DNA of 20,000 bases from an uncultured virus (IMG/VR IMGVR_UViG_3300035680_001736). Taxonomy: Duplodnaviria; Heunggongvirae; Uroviricota; Caudoviricetes. The stretch is taken from IMG/VR virus record IMGVR_UViG_3300035680_001736; one strand, given 5' to 3'. Shown here piece by piece: positions 1 through 8,413 of this stretch (its first letter is position 1; each line of letters starts with the position of its first letter). A model generated the notes under the pieces. The model did no database searches, was not told the DNA's origin, and saw only the letters and a program-made list of their open reading frames with translations. The position numbers and the translations under genes were made by a program.

Positions 1-11
1 TTTATTATTGT

Positions 12-641
12 ATGAAATTAACTGTAGTAATAAACGAAAGTCAAAAAAAAGTTTTAATCACTGAATCAATCGTTGATGAATTGATTGGTGTTTTAAAAAC
101 TAACTACGAAACTGTTAAAAATATTATTGAGGAAACCTCTAAGGAATTTGGGGGTCATTTTAATATTTTGATATCGTGGGGGGCGACTATTGGTGGTTTA
201 ATTGAGCCATTATCAAGATTTATACGTGGTAACTATTCAGGGCTATCTGACACAGAGTTGAGTATAGTATTACTTGGGGTTATTGCAATATACTTCCAAG
301 ACAATAAATCAAAAGTTAAAGAAGTTCTTAATGTTATTAAAGAAAAAGGTTTAGAAGAACCATTCAAAATGGCATTATATAAAAGTCAGGAATTTAAAAC
401 CGCTTTTATGGATTTCATGGGAAGTTTAAATTTACATTTATATAAAGTGACAAACTTGATGTCATATGCGTTTTTAGCCCCGATTTTATTCTATTTGGCC
501 CAATACGCCACAAGTGGTGAAATTGATAGTTCTACTGTTAAGGAAATTTCAGATAGATTGTTAACTTCAGGACTACTAACTGTATCATCAATAGGTCTTA
601 GAAATTCAATTAGTAAAATAATTAAGAGATTTTCTTCTTAG
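12..641 (+). CDS. Hypothetical protein with shared N-terminal leader (MKLTVVINESQKKVLITE) and hydrophobic helices
   Basis: 209-aa ORF; leader resembles those of ORFs starting at 3108, 3709 and 8269; a possibly truncated TATTTAT motif (tttatt) at window start. Confidence 0.7.
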   Translation: MKLTVVINESQKKVLITESIVDELIGVLKTNYETVKNIIEETSKEFGGHFNILISWGATIGGLIEPLSRFIRGNYSGLSDTELSIVLLGVIAIYFQDNKSKVKEVLNVIKEKGLEEPFKMALYKSQEFKTAFMDFMGSLNLHLYKVTNLMSYAFLAPILFYLAQYATSGEIDSSTVKEISDRLLTSGLLTVSSIGLRNSISKIIKRFSS

Positions 642-1632
642 GATAGTTCATAATAGCGGATTTTATCTTTGCAACGTCCTTATCAGATAACCTAAATCTT
701 TTTGCATTATTTTCAAACCAATCATCAACAACATCAATCATAGGTAATCCCATAATCTTCGATTTTCTTTTGAGTCCTCTATATTGAGCCTCAATTTCAT
801 CTGGTTGTAAAAAATATCCAACATTTGACCCTTTATAATCGGTAATATCGAGTCTACCTTCAACATCCTGTCTCAAATGTTGTAGTTCGTGTGCAATATC
901 GTCATTAAGATTTCCAACTATAGAATGTAATGATTTTTGTAGTCTCTCAGGTACATACTGAATTAAAATTTGTAATTGTTGCCCCTCAGACACATAACCT
1001 GACTGTATTAAAAAGTCAGCACCTGATTTAATCTCTTCAAAATCAACCTGTCTAACATCCAAAAAAACGTCAAACTCAGGAAAATTCATTATCTCATAAC
1101 TTTCTTGACCATTTAAGTCATAAGGTAACATAATTTCATCAGTTTTACCTGATTTTAAAACCGTTACAATATCTCTAATTACAGTTCTAACTGCCAAAGT
1201 GGGTACTTTTTGTTCCCTTAAATCCCTTACAAGTTCATCCTCGTCAATATCATAATCAAAAACAAATTCATCAATAACAACATTTTCATAATTTTCTGTG
1301 TCGAAGAATTGGAGTACCGAAGATAAGTAATTTTGAACTCCACGTTTGAACGTCCACATATTTCTATCTAAATGACGTAATATATCTTCCTTTTCTACTT
1401 TTTTAAGTTGTAAAAGAACAAGTCTACTAACTCTATCTTTGATATCGGTAATAGTTATTTTTACCCTCATGTATGGGTATGGCTCACCAACTCTTATCAT
1501 ATTTCTATAACCCAATAACTCAATCTTGAAATTAATATTACCGTTTAAATTTTGTATAAGTTCCCCGGTATAATTGAAAGTATTATCTTTTAATAGACCA
1601 TTAATCCTATCTATCGCTTTTTCACTTAACAT
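622..1632 (-). CDS. Hypothetical protein with C-terminal HEXXH (zincin-like) domain
   Basis: AHELQHLRQ followed by YFLQPDEIEA; TATTTAT 4 nt before ATG. Confidence 0.65.
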   Translation of the reverse strand: MLSEKAIDRINGLLKDNTFNYTGELIQNLNGNINFKIELLGYRNMIRVGEPYPYMRVKITITDIKDRVSRLVLLQLKKVEKEDILRHLDRNMWTFKRGVQNYLSSVLQFFDTENYENVVIDEFVFDYDIDEDELVRDLREQKVPTLAVRTVIRDIVTVLKSGKTDEIMLPYDLNGQESYEIMNFPEFDVFLDVRQVDFEEIKSGADFLIQSGYVSEGQQLQILIQYVPERLQKSLHSIVGNLNDDIAHELQHLRQDVEGRLDITDYKGSNVGYFLQPDEIEAQYRGLKRKSKIMGLPMIDVVDDWFENNAKRFRLSDKDVAKIKSAIMNYPKKKIS

Positions 1633-1647
1633 ATCAATAAATACTCT

Positions 1648-1676
1648 TTGACCGATAATAATTTTTCACTTATATT
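1648..1676 (+). promoter_or_regulatory. sigma70-like promoter TTGACC-N17-TATATT for guaC
   Basis: Direct reading, 17-nt spacer; shares TTTGA-N10-TTTTTCACTTATA with the promoter at 15585. Confidence 0.6.
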
Positions 1677-1695
1677 TTAGTGTTAAACAAATAAT

Positions 1696-2703
1696 ATGGA
1701 TAAAAAGTTCGATTTCAAAGATATCACATTGGTTCCTGAAACCATATCATCAATTTCGTCTCGTAGTGAAATTGATATTTTGACTGATTCGCGTCATTTA
1801 CCCCTTATGGTATCACCAATGGATACTGTCATTGATTATACAAGTTCTATCGATTTTTGGCAAGAAAACATGGTTCTATGTTACCCAAGAGGTTTGGAAC
1901 CAACTTATACAGGTTTCAAATCAATATCATTAGATGAATTTGAGAAATTGGTAAATACCAAGTGTTCGGTACTACCAAAAATACTGGTTGATATTGCCAA
2001 CGGTCATATGGAAAAACTATACAATTTATCCAAAAAGTTTATGGAACAATACCCATATGGTGAATTAATGATTGGAAATATTGCCAACCCAAAAACATAT
2101 GAAAAATTTGCCGAGATTGGTGTTAAGTATGTTCGTGTTGGTATTGGTGGTGGTAGTGGTTGTTTAACATCGGCAAATACTGGTGTCCATTACCCAATGG
2201 CGTCTTTAATTAAGGAATGTTTTGAAATTAAAAAACAGTGGGGGTATAATTCTAAAATTGTTGCAGATGGAGGCTTCAGAAATTACGATGACATTATTAA
2301 AGCTCTCGCTTTGGGTGCTGACTATGTAATGTTAGGAGGTATGTTGAATAAAACTTTGGAGTCATGTTCAGACACTCTGTTGTTTGGTAAGTTTAAATTA
2401 TCCAAAGAACGAGCAATTAAAATTTGGGAAAAGTATCCGTTTATGAGAAAGTATTTCTACAAAAAGTTTAGAGGTATGAGTACAAAAGAAGTTCAGAAAA
2501 AATGGGGCCGAGGTAAAATTAAAACATCCGAAGGTGTCCATCGGATGAATAAAGTCGAATACACATTAACGGGTTGGACTGAAAACTTTAAGGATTATTT
2601 GAGGTCGGCAATGTCTTATACCAATTCAAAAAATCTTGAGTCATTCAAATACTCTGATTTTGTGTTCATAACAGAAAACGCCCGTAAAAGATACGATAAG
2701 TAA
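1696..2703 (+). CDS. guaC: GMP reductase (IMPDH/GMPR family, no CBS domains)
   Basis: FKDITLVP..SSRSEI, SPMDTV, DIANGH, catalytic loop RVGIGGGSGCLT, ADGG, GADYVMLGG, FRGMS, LRSAMSY; IMPDH not fully excluded. Confidence 0.8.
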   Translation: MDKKFDFKDITLVPETISSISSRSEIDILTDSRHLPLMVSPMDTVIDYTSSIDFWQENMVLCYPRGLEPTYTGFKSISLDEFEKLVNTKCSVLPKILVDIANGHMEKLYNLSKKFMEQYPYGELMIGNIANPKTYEKFAEIGVKYVRVGIGGGSGCLTSANTGVHYPMASLIKECFEIKKQWGYNSKIVADGGFRNYDDIIKALALGADYVMLGGMLNKTLESCSDTLLFGKFKLSKERAIKIWEKYPFMRKYFYKKFRGMSTKEVQKKWGRGKIKTSEGVHRMNKVEYTLTGWTENFKDYLRSAMSYTNSKNLESFKYSDFVFITENARKRYDK

Positions 2704-3108
2704 TTACCAAGTACGACACGCCCAATATCTTGGTTTCCATCTTGGTCCAGGATTGTCACAATTGTGTCTCGCTCTGAAAGATTTTCTTCTTTCAGGATTA
2801 TTTTTCTTGATTGTCATTCTTTTTCCTTTTGCGGACTTACCACCAAAACCAAAGTTTACCTTAACAACTTTACCATTTTCATTCTTAACATAAACTTTAA
2901 ACTTTTTAATATCACCTTGCATGATTTTACCAAGCTGTACTTTTCTACCCTTATACTCCGCTTCATTTAAAACGTCAGTTGATTCGAAATCAGTTTCAAC
3001 AACACTTCCATATTCATCTTCATATATGATACCTTCATTCATCTGAGCGGTAACCATCTCAATAATTCTTTTCAAATCTGATTCTGTCAATCTTATAATT
3101 TTACTCAT
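2704..3108 (-). CDS. Phage-type basic protein (KVNFG...RRKSFRARHNC...YWAC) with shared N-terminal leader
   Basis: C-terminal motif recalled from large-phage hypothetical proteins; leader MSKIIRLTESDLKRIIE; TATTTAT at 3125-3131. Confidence 0.7.
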   Translation of the reverse strand: MSKIIRLTESDLKRIIEMVTAQMNEGIIYEDEYGSVVETDFESTDVLNEAEYKGRKVQLGKIMQGDIKKFKVYVKNENGKVVKVNFGFGGKSAKGKRMTIKKNNPERRKSFRARHNCDNPGPRWKPRYWACRTW

Positions 3109-3135
3109 GTGGTATGTTTTTTAAATAAATATCCC

Positions 3136-3143
3136 TATATTTG
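3136..3143 (+). promoter_or_regulatory. Bacteroidota housekeeping -7 element TATATTTG
   Basis: Matches TAnnTTTG; 17 nt before ATG 3161. Confidence 0.5.
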
Positions 3144-3160
3144 TATCAAATAAATTTCCT

Positions 3161-3373
3161 ATGAAAAAATTTTTGATGGTATTTTTAGTTGTAATTAGAT
3201 TATACGTATGTTATAGAGTAGTTGGTGGTTTAATTATGAACTCAATAAACCCCCAACAACACCCATTAGACAATATCACATGGTGGATTTATTATTTGAT
3301 TTTTGACATTTGGTTACAGCAAATCATACCAAATAATGTTTCCGAATCTAATGATGAATCAGAAAATAGTTAA
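3161..3373 (+). CDS. Small membrane protein
   Basis: 70 aa, two hydrophobic segments. Confidence 0.6.
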   Translation: MKKFLMVFLVVIRLYVCYRVVGGLIMNSINPQQHPLDNITWWIYYLIFDIWLQQIIPNNVSESNDESENS

Positions 3374-3374
3374 T

Positions 3375-3599
3375 TTATTTAGATGAATATTTTTGAGATA
3401 AAAAAGATAGACCAAAGAAAAAGGCCGAAATAAAATACAAAACCAAATTTGCGTTCCACAAACTTCCTGTTAGTAAAATAAGTTGATATTGAACCAAATC
3501 GAAACCGAAAGGGTTGAAGAACATCCCTAACATCAAAAACTTTACCGACAGGTTTCCCACAAAAATTTTCCTCCAGGTTGATTTTGTTATCGCCATCAC
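3375..3599 (-). CDS. Small membrane protein (2 TM)
   Basis: FLMLGMFFNPFGFD and LVLYFISAFFFGLSF hydrophobic stretches; TATTTAT at 3650-3656. Confidence 0.6.
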   Translation of the reverse strand: MMAITKSTWRKIFVGNLSVKFLMLGMFFNPFGFDLVQYQLILLTGSLWNANLVLYFISAFFFGLSFLSQKYSSK

Positions 3600-3708
3600 T
3601 CATGTTTTGTAATTTACTTTTTATAGAACGAGTCTAAAATACTTTTAATATAAATATTGGTATCGAAGAATAATTCACAGTCAAATAATATTTATAAATA
3701 AAATTGTC

Positions 3709-4239
3709 ATGAAAAGAATTACGATAAACGAGGGTGAACTTAGAAAAATAATTAGACAACACCTGAAAGAGGAAATGGGAATGGATTCTAAAGAAACTCA
3801 AGAATCTAAACCAAAATGTATGACCACCAATTCTATCCCATTGACTGAACTTGTTGGTGAGGCCGGTGATTATGATTTATATTCTCCAGGTGTGACAAAA
3901 AGAAAAAGAGGAGTAAACTCAATGGTGGACACTTTAGGTATTTTAAATAACCTAAGATTATTTAAAGACGTTAATGACGGTGGTGCCCATCTTTCTTATG
4001 AAATGATGAATCATTTGAATAAATTTAAAAACAAAAACTACTACGATGAAACATCAGGAGAATGTCATAAAGCCATGGATAAAGTAATCGAACTATATAA
4101 AGAAAATGAACACGGGACAGAACTAGTTAAAGACATTGAAAGGGTACTCGCTCTTCAAACTAAAGATGACGAGTATACCCCATCTCCAAGAGCGAAAGAA
4201 TATTTAAAAAGATGTTTAATGTTAGTTAAAGAAAAATAA
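3709..4239 (+). CDS. Hypothetical protein with shared N-terminal leader (MKRITINEGELRKIIRQHLKE)
   Basis: 176-aa ORF; TATTTAT at 3689-3695. Confidence 0.7.
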   Translation: MKRITINEGELRKIIRQHLKEEMGMDSKETQESKPKCMTTNSIPLTELVGEAGDYDLYSPGVTKRKRGVNSMVDTLGILNNLRLFKDVNDGGAHLSYEMMNHLNKFKNKNYYDETSGECHKAMDKVIELYKENEHGTELVKDIERVLALQTKDDEYTPSPRAKEYLKRCLMLVKEK

Positions 4240-4240
4240 A

Positions 4241-4314
4241 CCTCGAAAGAGGAGTCTTAGGACCGTTATGTTACATAACAGGAAAAGGGGAAGTTCGCTA
4301 CTGTCCCCTTTTTT
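4241..4314 (+). ncRNA. Candidate structured RNA: four consecutive hairpins ending in a terminator-like stem
   Basis: CCTC-GAAA-GAGG; GTC-TTAG-GAC; GTTATG-TTA-CATAAC; AAAAGGGGA-N12-TCCCCTTTT plus T tract. Confidence 0.4.
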
Positions 4315-4363
4315 GTTGCCCTAATATTTATATAATAAATAAATTATCTAAAAAATAAAAATT

Positions 4364-4492
4364 ATGGCAAAATCAGGTAGCGCTGTTGGGTCTAAAGAAA
4401 CTTTTGGTACACGTAAAAAAGGAAAGTCTAAAAGAAAGTACGGACCAAAAGAAGAAAAACCCAAAGCTTACAGAGGTCAAGGAAAAAAATAA
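4364..4492 (+). CDS. Small basic protein (42 aa, ends AYRGQGKK); not in ORF track
   Basis: Hand translation MAKSGSAVGSKETFGTRKKGKSKRKYGPKEEKPKAYRGQGKK; TATTTAT at 4325-4331. Confidence 0.7.
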   Translation: MAKSGSAVGSKETFGTRKKGKSKRKYGPKEEKPKAYRGQGKK

Positions 4493-4513
4493 ACTCAAAC
4501 TAAAACTGAAAAA

Positions 4514-4801
4514 ATGAAAAAAATTGTTGCTCTTTTTGGAGAAGCCCTTCTTTGGTTAAAAGGTATTTTTAACGACGAGAAAGGTAATCCCTCATCAAAA
4601 AGAATTGTGGGTATGGGTTGTGCCATAGCACTATGTTTAACCATGTATCACAATAGCTTTTCCAATGTTGATGTTGCACCTGCAGAATACTTAGTTGACG
4701 CGGTTGCATTATTGGCGTTTGGTTGTCTAGGTCTTGCAAGTTTTGACAAGTTCACAGACAGAAGAGGTAGAAAGAAAAAGGATGAAGAAGAACCTAATTA
4801 A
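4514..4801 (+). CDS. Holin-like two-TM protein
   Basis: SSKR motif before TM1, second TM, highly charged C-tail RRGRKKKDEEE. Confidence 0.5.
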   Translation: MKKIVALFGEALLWLKGIFNDEKGNPSSKRIVGMGCAIALCLTMYHNSFSNVDVAPAEYLVDAVALLAFGCLGLASFDKFTDRRGRKKKDEEEPN

Positions 4802-4805
4802 AATA

Positions 4806-4829
4806 ACCCCCTTTTATAGGGGGTTTTTT
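4806..4829. terminator. Intrinsic terminator between convergent genes
   Basis: AACCCC...GGGGTT stem followed by T tract. Confidence 0.65.
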
Positions 4830-4968
4830 ATTTTCGTTTTTTCTTAACAGGTTCTGGTTTCTTATCAATTGTTTCAACTGATATTGGACCGTTCTTAAAT
4901 TTGTCCAAGTCGTAAGTCCAAATTGAGATTGTGTCCTCGGTTTCGTATTTTCTTGTTATTTTACTCAT
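4828..4968 (-). CDS. Small hypothetical protein (46 aa); not in ORF track
   Basis: Hand translation MSKITRKYETEDTISIWTYDLDKFKNGPISVETIDKKPEPVKKKRK; begins 2 nt after the upstream stop. Confidence 0.6.
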   Translation of the reverse strand: MSKITRKYETEDTISIWTYDLDKFKNGPISVETIDKKPEPVKKKRK

Positions 4969-4970
4969 TA

Positions 4971-5150
4971 TTACAATAAAAAATTAATTACTAAATTTGT
5001 TACTAACATTAAAGGAATACTCCAAAGGAATATATTTAATAGTTTTTTTAATTCATCCCACAAAGATACAAATTTTTCATCTTCCAAGTAATACATTCCA
5101 AATCTTCTTGAAAAAGTAAAAATTAAACATTGTATGATGAAATAAATCAT
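4971..5150 (-). CDS. Small membrane protein (probable start at ATG 5150)
   Basis: The track start at 5177 lies inside the dnaK terminator; TATATTTG at 5155-5162 directly precedes ATG 5150. Confidence 0.55.
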   Translation of the reverse strand: MIYFIIQCLIFTFSRRFGMYYLEDEKFVSLWDELKKLLNIFLWSIPLMLVTNLVINFLL

Positions 5151-5165
5151 TTGACAAATATAAAC

Positions 5166-5192
5166 AAAAATCCCCACCGAAGTGGGGATTTT
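5166..5192 (-). terminator. Intrinsic terminator of dnaK
   Basis: AAAATCCCCAC-TTCG-GTGGGGATTTTT on the minus strand. Confidence 0.85.
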
Positions 5193-5207
5193 AACATTTT
5201 TTTACGA

Positions 5208-7085
5208 TTACTTAGGTTGTACTTCTTCAAAATCTACGTCTGAAACTTCTTCATCCATAGTTTGACCGCCTTCACCTTCAGAACCAGACTGACTATAAAT
5301 TCCTTGGGTAATTGTTTGAGATGTGATTGCAACTTTTGCAGTTGCGTCTCTAACCTTTTCAACTTCCTTCTCTTGTAGGGCTGTTTTTAATTCAGCCAAA
5401 GCATCGGTTAATTGAGTTTTTTGTTCATCGGTCATTTTTTCTTCTAAATCCTTTAGAGTTTTTTCAGCTTGGAACGCCATAGAATCTCCTTGATTTATTA
5501 TGTCAGCATTTTCACGAGCTTTAGCGTCCGCTTCGGCATTTAACTCAGCATCACGTTTCATTTGTTCAATTTCCTCTTTAGAAAGTCCTGTCGAACTTTC
5601 AATACGGATTGATTGCTCTTTGTCAGTGGCTTTGTCTTTTGCTGAAACATTGATAATACCGTTAGCATCGATGTCAAAAGTTACTTCGATTTGTGGAACT
5701 CCTCTCATTGCCGTTGGAAGACCATCAAGGAAGAAACGACCAATTGTTCTATTGTCTTGAGCCATTGCTCTTTCTCCCTGTAGAACGTGAATTTCTACTG
5801 ATGGTTGATTGTCAACTGCGGTTGAGAAAACTTGTGACTTTTTTGTCGGAATTGTTGTGTTTGACTCAATAAGTTTTGTGAATACTCCACCCATCGTTTC
5901 AATACCGAGTGAAAGTGGTGTTACATCCAACAACAATACGTCTTTAACGTCACCTGCGAGTACTCCTCCTTGAATTGCAGCACCAAGTGCTACAACTTCA
6001 TCAGGGTTAACTCCTTTTGATGGTTCTTTACCGAAGAACTTTTTAACTGCCTCTTGGATTGCAGGAATTCTAGTTGAACCTCCAACCAAGATAACTTCAT
6101 CGATGTCTTTTGGTTTCAAACCTGCGTTTTTCAAGGCCGATTTACATGGTGCAATTGTACGTTGTACCAAACTGTCAACCAACTGCTCGAACTTTGCCTT
6201 TGTCATTGTACGAACCAAGTGTTTTGGCATACCATCTACCGGCATAATGTAAGGAAGATTGATTTCCGTTGATGGTGAAGATGAAAGTTCAATCTTTGCT
6301 TTTTCAGCTCCTTCACGAAGACGCTGAAGTGCCATTGGGTCTTGATTCAAATCCAAACCATTTTCATCTTTGAACTCTTGAACGAGCCAGTCGATAATTG
6401 CTTGGTCAAAGTCATCACCACCTAGGTGTGTATCACCGTCAGTTGACAAAACTTCAAATACCCCATCACCAAGTTCAAGAACCGATACGTCGTGAGTACC
6501 ACCACCACAGTCAAACACAACAACTTTCATATCCTGACCTTTTTTGTCAAGACCATAGGCAAGTGCCGCCGCGGTTGGTTCGTTAATAATACGTTTAACA
6601 GTTAGACCTGCAATTTCACCGGCTTCTTTTGTTGCCTGACGTTGAGCATCATTGAAATATGCTGGTACTGTAATAACCGCATCAGTTACTGTTTCACCCA
6701 AATAGTCTTCGGCAGTTTGCTTCATTTTCTGAAGAACCATCGCCGAAATTTCCTGAGCTGAAAACTTCTTGTCCTCAATTTGAACACGAGGAGTGTTACC
6801 CTCACCTTTAACCACTTTATAAGGAACACGCTTGATTTCTTTTTTACTTTCATCGAAACTTGCTCCCATAAAACGCTTAATGGAGTAAACTGTTTTATCA
6901 GGATTTGTAACCGCTTGACGTTTTGCCGGGTCACCAATCTTTCTATCACCACCATTTGCAAAACCAACAATCGAAGGGGTGGTTCTTTTTCCTTCACTGT
7001 TTGTAATCACAACAGGTTCGCCATTTTCCATAACGGCAACACATGAATTTGTTGTTCCTAAATCAATACCTATAATTTTACCCAT
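5208..7085 (-). CDS. dnaK: Molecular chaperone DnaK (Hsp70), Bacteroidota-like
   Basis: [74 protein letters not shown] resembles Bacteroidota DnaK. Confidence 0.98.
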   Translation of the reverse strand: MGKIIGIDLGTTNSCVAVMENGEPVVITNSEGKRTTPSIVGFANGGDRKIGDPAKRQAVTNPDKTVYSIKRFMGASFDESKKEIKRVPYKVVKGEGNTPRVQIEDKKFSAQEISAMVLQKMKQTAEDYLGETVTDAVITVPAYFNDAQRQATKEAGEIAGLTVKRIINEPTAAALAYGLDKKGQDMKVVVFDCGGGTHDVSVLELGDGVFEVLSTDGDTHLGGDDFDQAIIDWLVQEFKDENGLDLNQDPMALQRLREGAEKAKIELSSSPSTEINLPYIMPVDGMPKHLVRTMTKAKFEQLVDSLVQRTIAPCKSALKNAGLKPKDIDEVILVGGSTRIPAIQEAVKKFFGKEPSKGVNPDEVVALGAAIQGGVLAGDVKDVLLLDVTPLSLGIETMGGVFTKLIESNTTIPTKKSQVFSTAVDNQPSVEIHVLQGERAMAQDNRTIGRFFLDGLPTAMRGVPQIEVTFDIDANGIINVSAKDKATDKEQSIRIESSTGLSKEEIEQMKRDAELNAEADAKARENADIINQGDSMAFQAEKTLKDLEEKMTDEQKTQLTDALAELKTALQEKEVEKVRDATAKVAITSQTITQGIYSQSGSEGEGGQTMDEEVSDVDFEEVQPK

Positions 7086-7114
7086 AGTTTAAAAAATTAT
7101 TTTTATTTTTTTAA

Positions 7115-7143
7115 AGTATATTAAAAAACTTTTATGGAGTCAA
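7115..7143 (-). promoter_or_regulatory. sigma70-like promoter TTGACT-N17-TATACT for dnaK
   Basis: Direct reading on the minus strand, 17-nt spacer. Confidence 0.65.
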
Positions 7144-7179
7144 CTCCAAATCTACATTATTAACTAATGTGCCAAAACA

Positions 7180-7206
7180 AAAAAACTGACAAAATGTCAG
7201 TTTTTT
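7180..7206. promoter_or_regulatory. Inverted repeat AAAAAACTGACA-AAA-TGTCAGTTTTTT: terminator and/or operator upstream of dnaK
   Basis: Perfect 12-bp arms; T tract on both strands. Confidence 0.6.
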
Positions 7207-7228
7207 ATAAAAATATATGACAAATATA

Positions 7229-8269
7229 TTATTTTTCGAGTTCTAAAGTATATAATCTCATGAAATTTCTTTGCAGTTTGTCACCGGCCTTATTGATTCT
7301 TGGTTGGAAATTATTAATCAAATCTAACAAACCTTCAGTTTTTTCTATATACCGTGCCGGTTTTTCACCGTAAACTCTCATCCATTTGTAATAATCGGTC
7401 ATAAACCATTTATATAAATTGTTCAAAATAGACAGTAGTTTATCGGGGTTCACTTCTTGAATTTTATTTGTCAACTTATCAAAAAACGTATCGGCATCAA
7501 AGTTTTTCATGACTGATGCGTTGGACCAAAGTTTAGTTTTTTTGAATTCTTCAAAGGGTAATATTGATGTTTGGCTAACCGCCTCTTGTGATTTTGCATT
7601 TACTTCATATGGTTCTGAATAGTATATCATATCCAAAAATTCTTGCCAAACTTTGTAAATTTCTTTGTTTACGTTATAGTTTTTACCTCCAACCCAACTC
7701 AAGGTGGTATTAAATTGTTTTGCTCCTGATTCAGCCCTTCGATAACTCTCTAACATGTGATTACATTCGTGAATTATCGTATCTCTAAGGTCATATAGTG
7801 CTTTGTCTTTCAATTCTTCATTGAACTCAATCCCTATTTTAAAACTTATAAATAATTTTACATACAAAGTTTGAGTAATCTCCTCCAAAATATACTTAGG
7901 TAACTCAAGTGTGGGTGATTTTAAATATGACCCACCAAATGATTTTTTGTCTATTGATTGAAATCCTCCTCCTGACGTGAATCTGTTTTCTTTTGTATTT
8001 TTTGGAATTTTCAAACAAGAAAAATCAATTTCAATTTTTTCCACGGGTAACTCAATATAATCATCCATACTTGATTGAAAAATTTGTGAAATATCTTTCA
8101 AGTCTATAATGATTTTTTGTTTGGATGGAATTCTTGATTCCATAAATTCAAGGACCTTAGGTTCGAGTTTTTGGTATATCAAATTACTGTAGGACAAGGA
8201 AACCCGGGAGACTCCCAAATCTTCTTTAATAAGTGTTTTCAATTGGTTCTCAGATAACAAAACTTTCAT
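7229..8269 (-). CDS. HEXXH zincin-like protein with shared N-terminal leader (MKVLLSENQLKTLIKE)
   Basis: IIHECNHMLE ... YYSEPYEVNA; TATTTAT at 8274-8280. Confidence 0.65.
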   Translation of the reverse strand: MKVLLSENQLKTLIKEDLGVSRVSLSYSNLIYQKLEPKVLEFMESRIPSKQKIIIDLKDISQIFQSSMDDYIELPVEKIEIDFSCLKIPKNTKENRFTSGGGFQSIDKKSFGGSYLKSPTLELPKYILEEITQTLYVKLFISFKIGIEFNEELKDKALYDLRDTIIHECNHMLESYRRAESGAKQFNTTLSWVGGKNYNVNKEIYKVWQEFLDMIYYSEPYEVNAKSQEAVSQTSILPFEEFKKTKLWSNASVMKNFDADTFFDKLTNKIQEVNPDKLLSILNNLYKWFMTDYYKWMRVYGEKPARYIEKTEGLLDLINNFQPRINKAGDKLQRNFMRLYTLELEK

Positions 8270-8327
8270 ATCTATAAATATTACAAAAAAAAATTAAAAA
8301 ATATATTTAGTTTTCAACTTTATCTCG

Positions 8328-8334
8328 TATTTAT
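8328..8334 (+). promoter_or_regulatory. TATTTAT putative phage promoter element ahead of the leader peptide
   Basis: Same motif precedes about a dozen transcription units in this window. Confidence 0.5.
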
Positions 8335-8340
8335 TTCAAA

Positions 8341-8370
8341 ATGAACAAGAATTTAATAAATAATAAATAA
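8341..8370 (+). CDS. Asn-rich leader peptide MNKNLINNK (putative attenuator peptide)
   Basis: ATG AAC AAG AAT TTA ATA AAT AAT AAA TAA; 4 of 9 codons are Asn; lies between the promoter motif and a terminator. Confidence 0.65.
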   Translation: MNKNLINNK

Positions 8371-8374
8371 ACGC

Positions 8375-8400
8375 AAACCTCCTTCGGGAGGTTTTTTTTT
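8375..8400 (+). terminator. Intrinsic terminator in the 5' leader (attenuator)
   Basis: AAACCTCC-TTCG-GGAGGTTT with 9-T tract, ending 13 nt before ATG 8414; flanking genes are divergent, so no long gene ends here. Confidence 0.85.
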
Positions 8401-8413
8401 ACCCTAAAGTAAT

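Noticed and set aside
3379..3603. Second 74-aa ORF overlapping 3375-3599 on the same strand
   Set aside because: The other frame gives a coherent two-TM protein; this one looks like a shadow frame, though dual coding was not tested
4238..4265. c-di-GMP-I riboswitch resemblance (AAAC..GAAA..G)
   Set aside because: Lacks the GCAAA junction and the P2 tetraloop receptor
4287..4314. preQ1-I riboswitch-like loop (GTTCGCTAC)
   Set aside because: Followed by a T tract rather than the required A-rich tail; no queuosine gene adjacent
5500..7046. Alternative ORFs inside dnaK (5500, 6398, 6722, 6780)
   Set aside because: Shadow frames of a highly conserved gene
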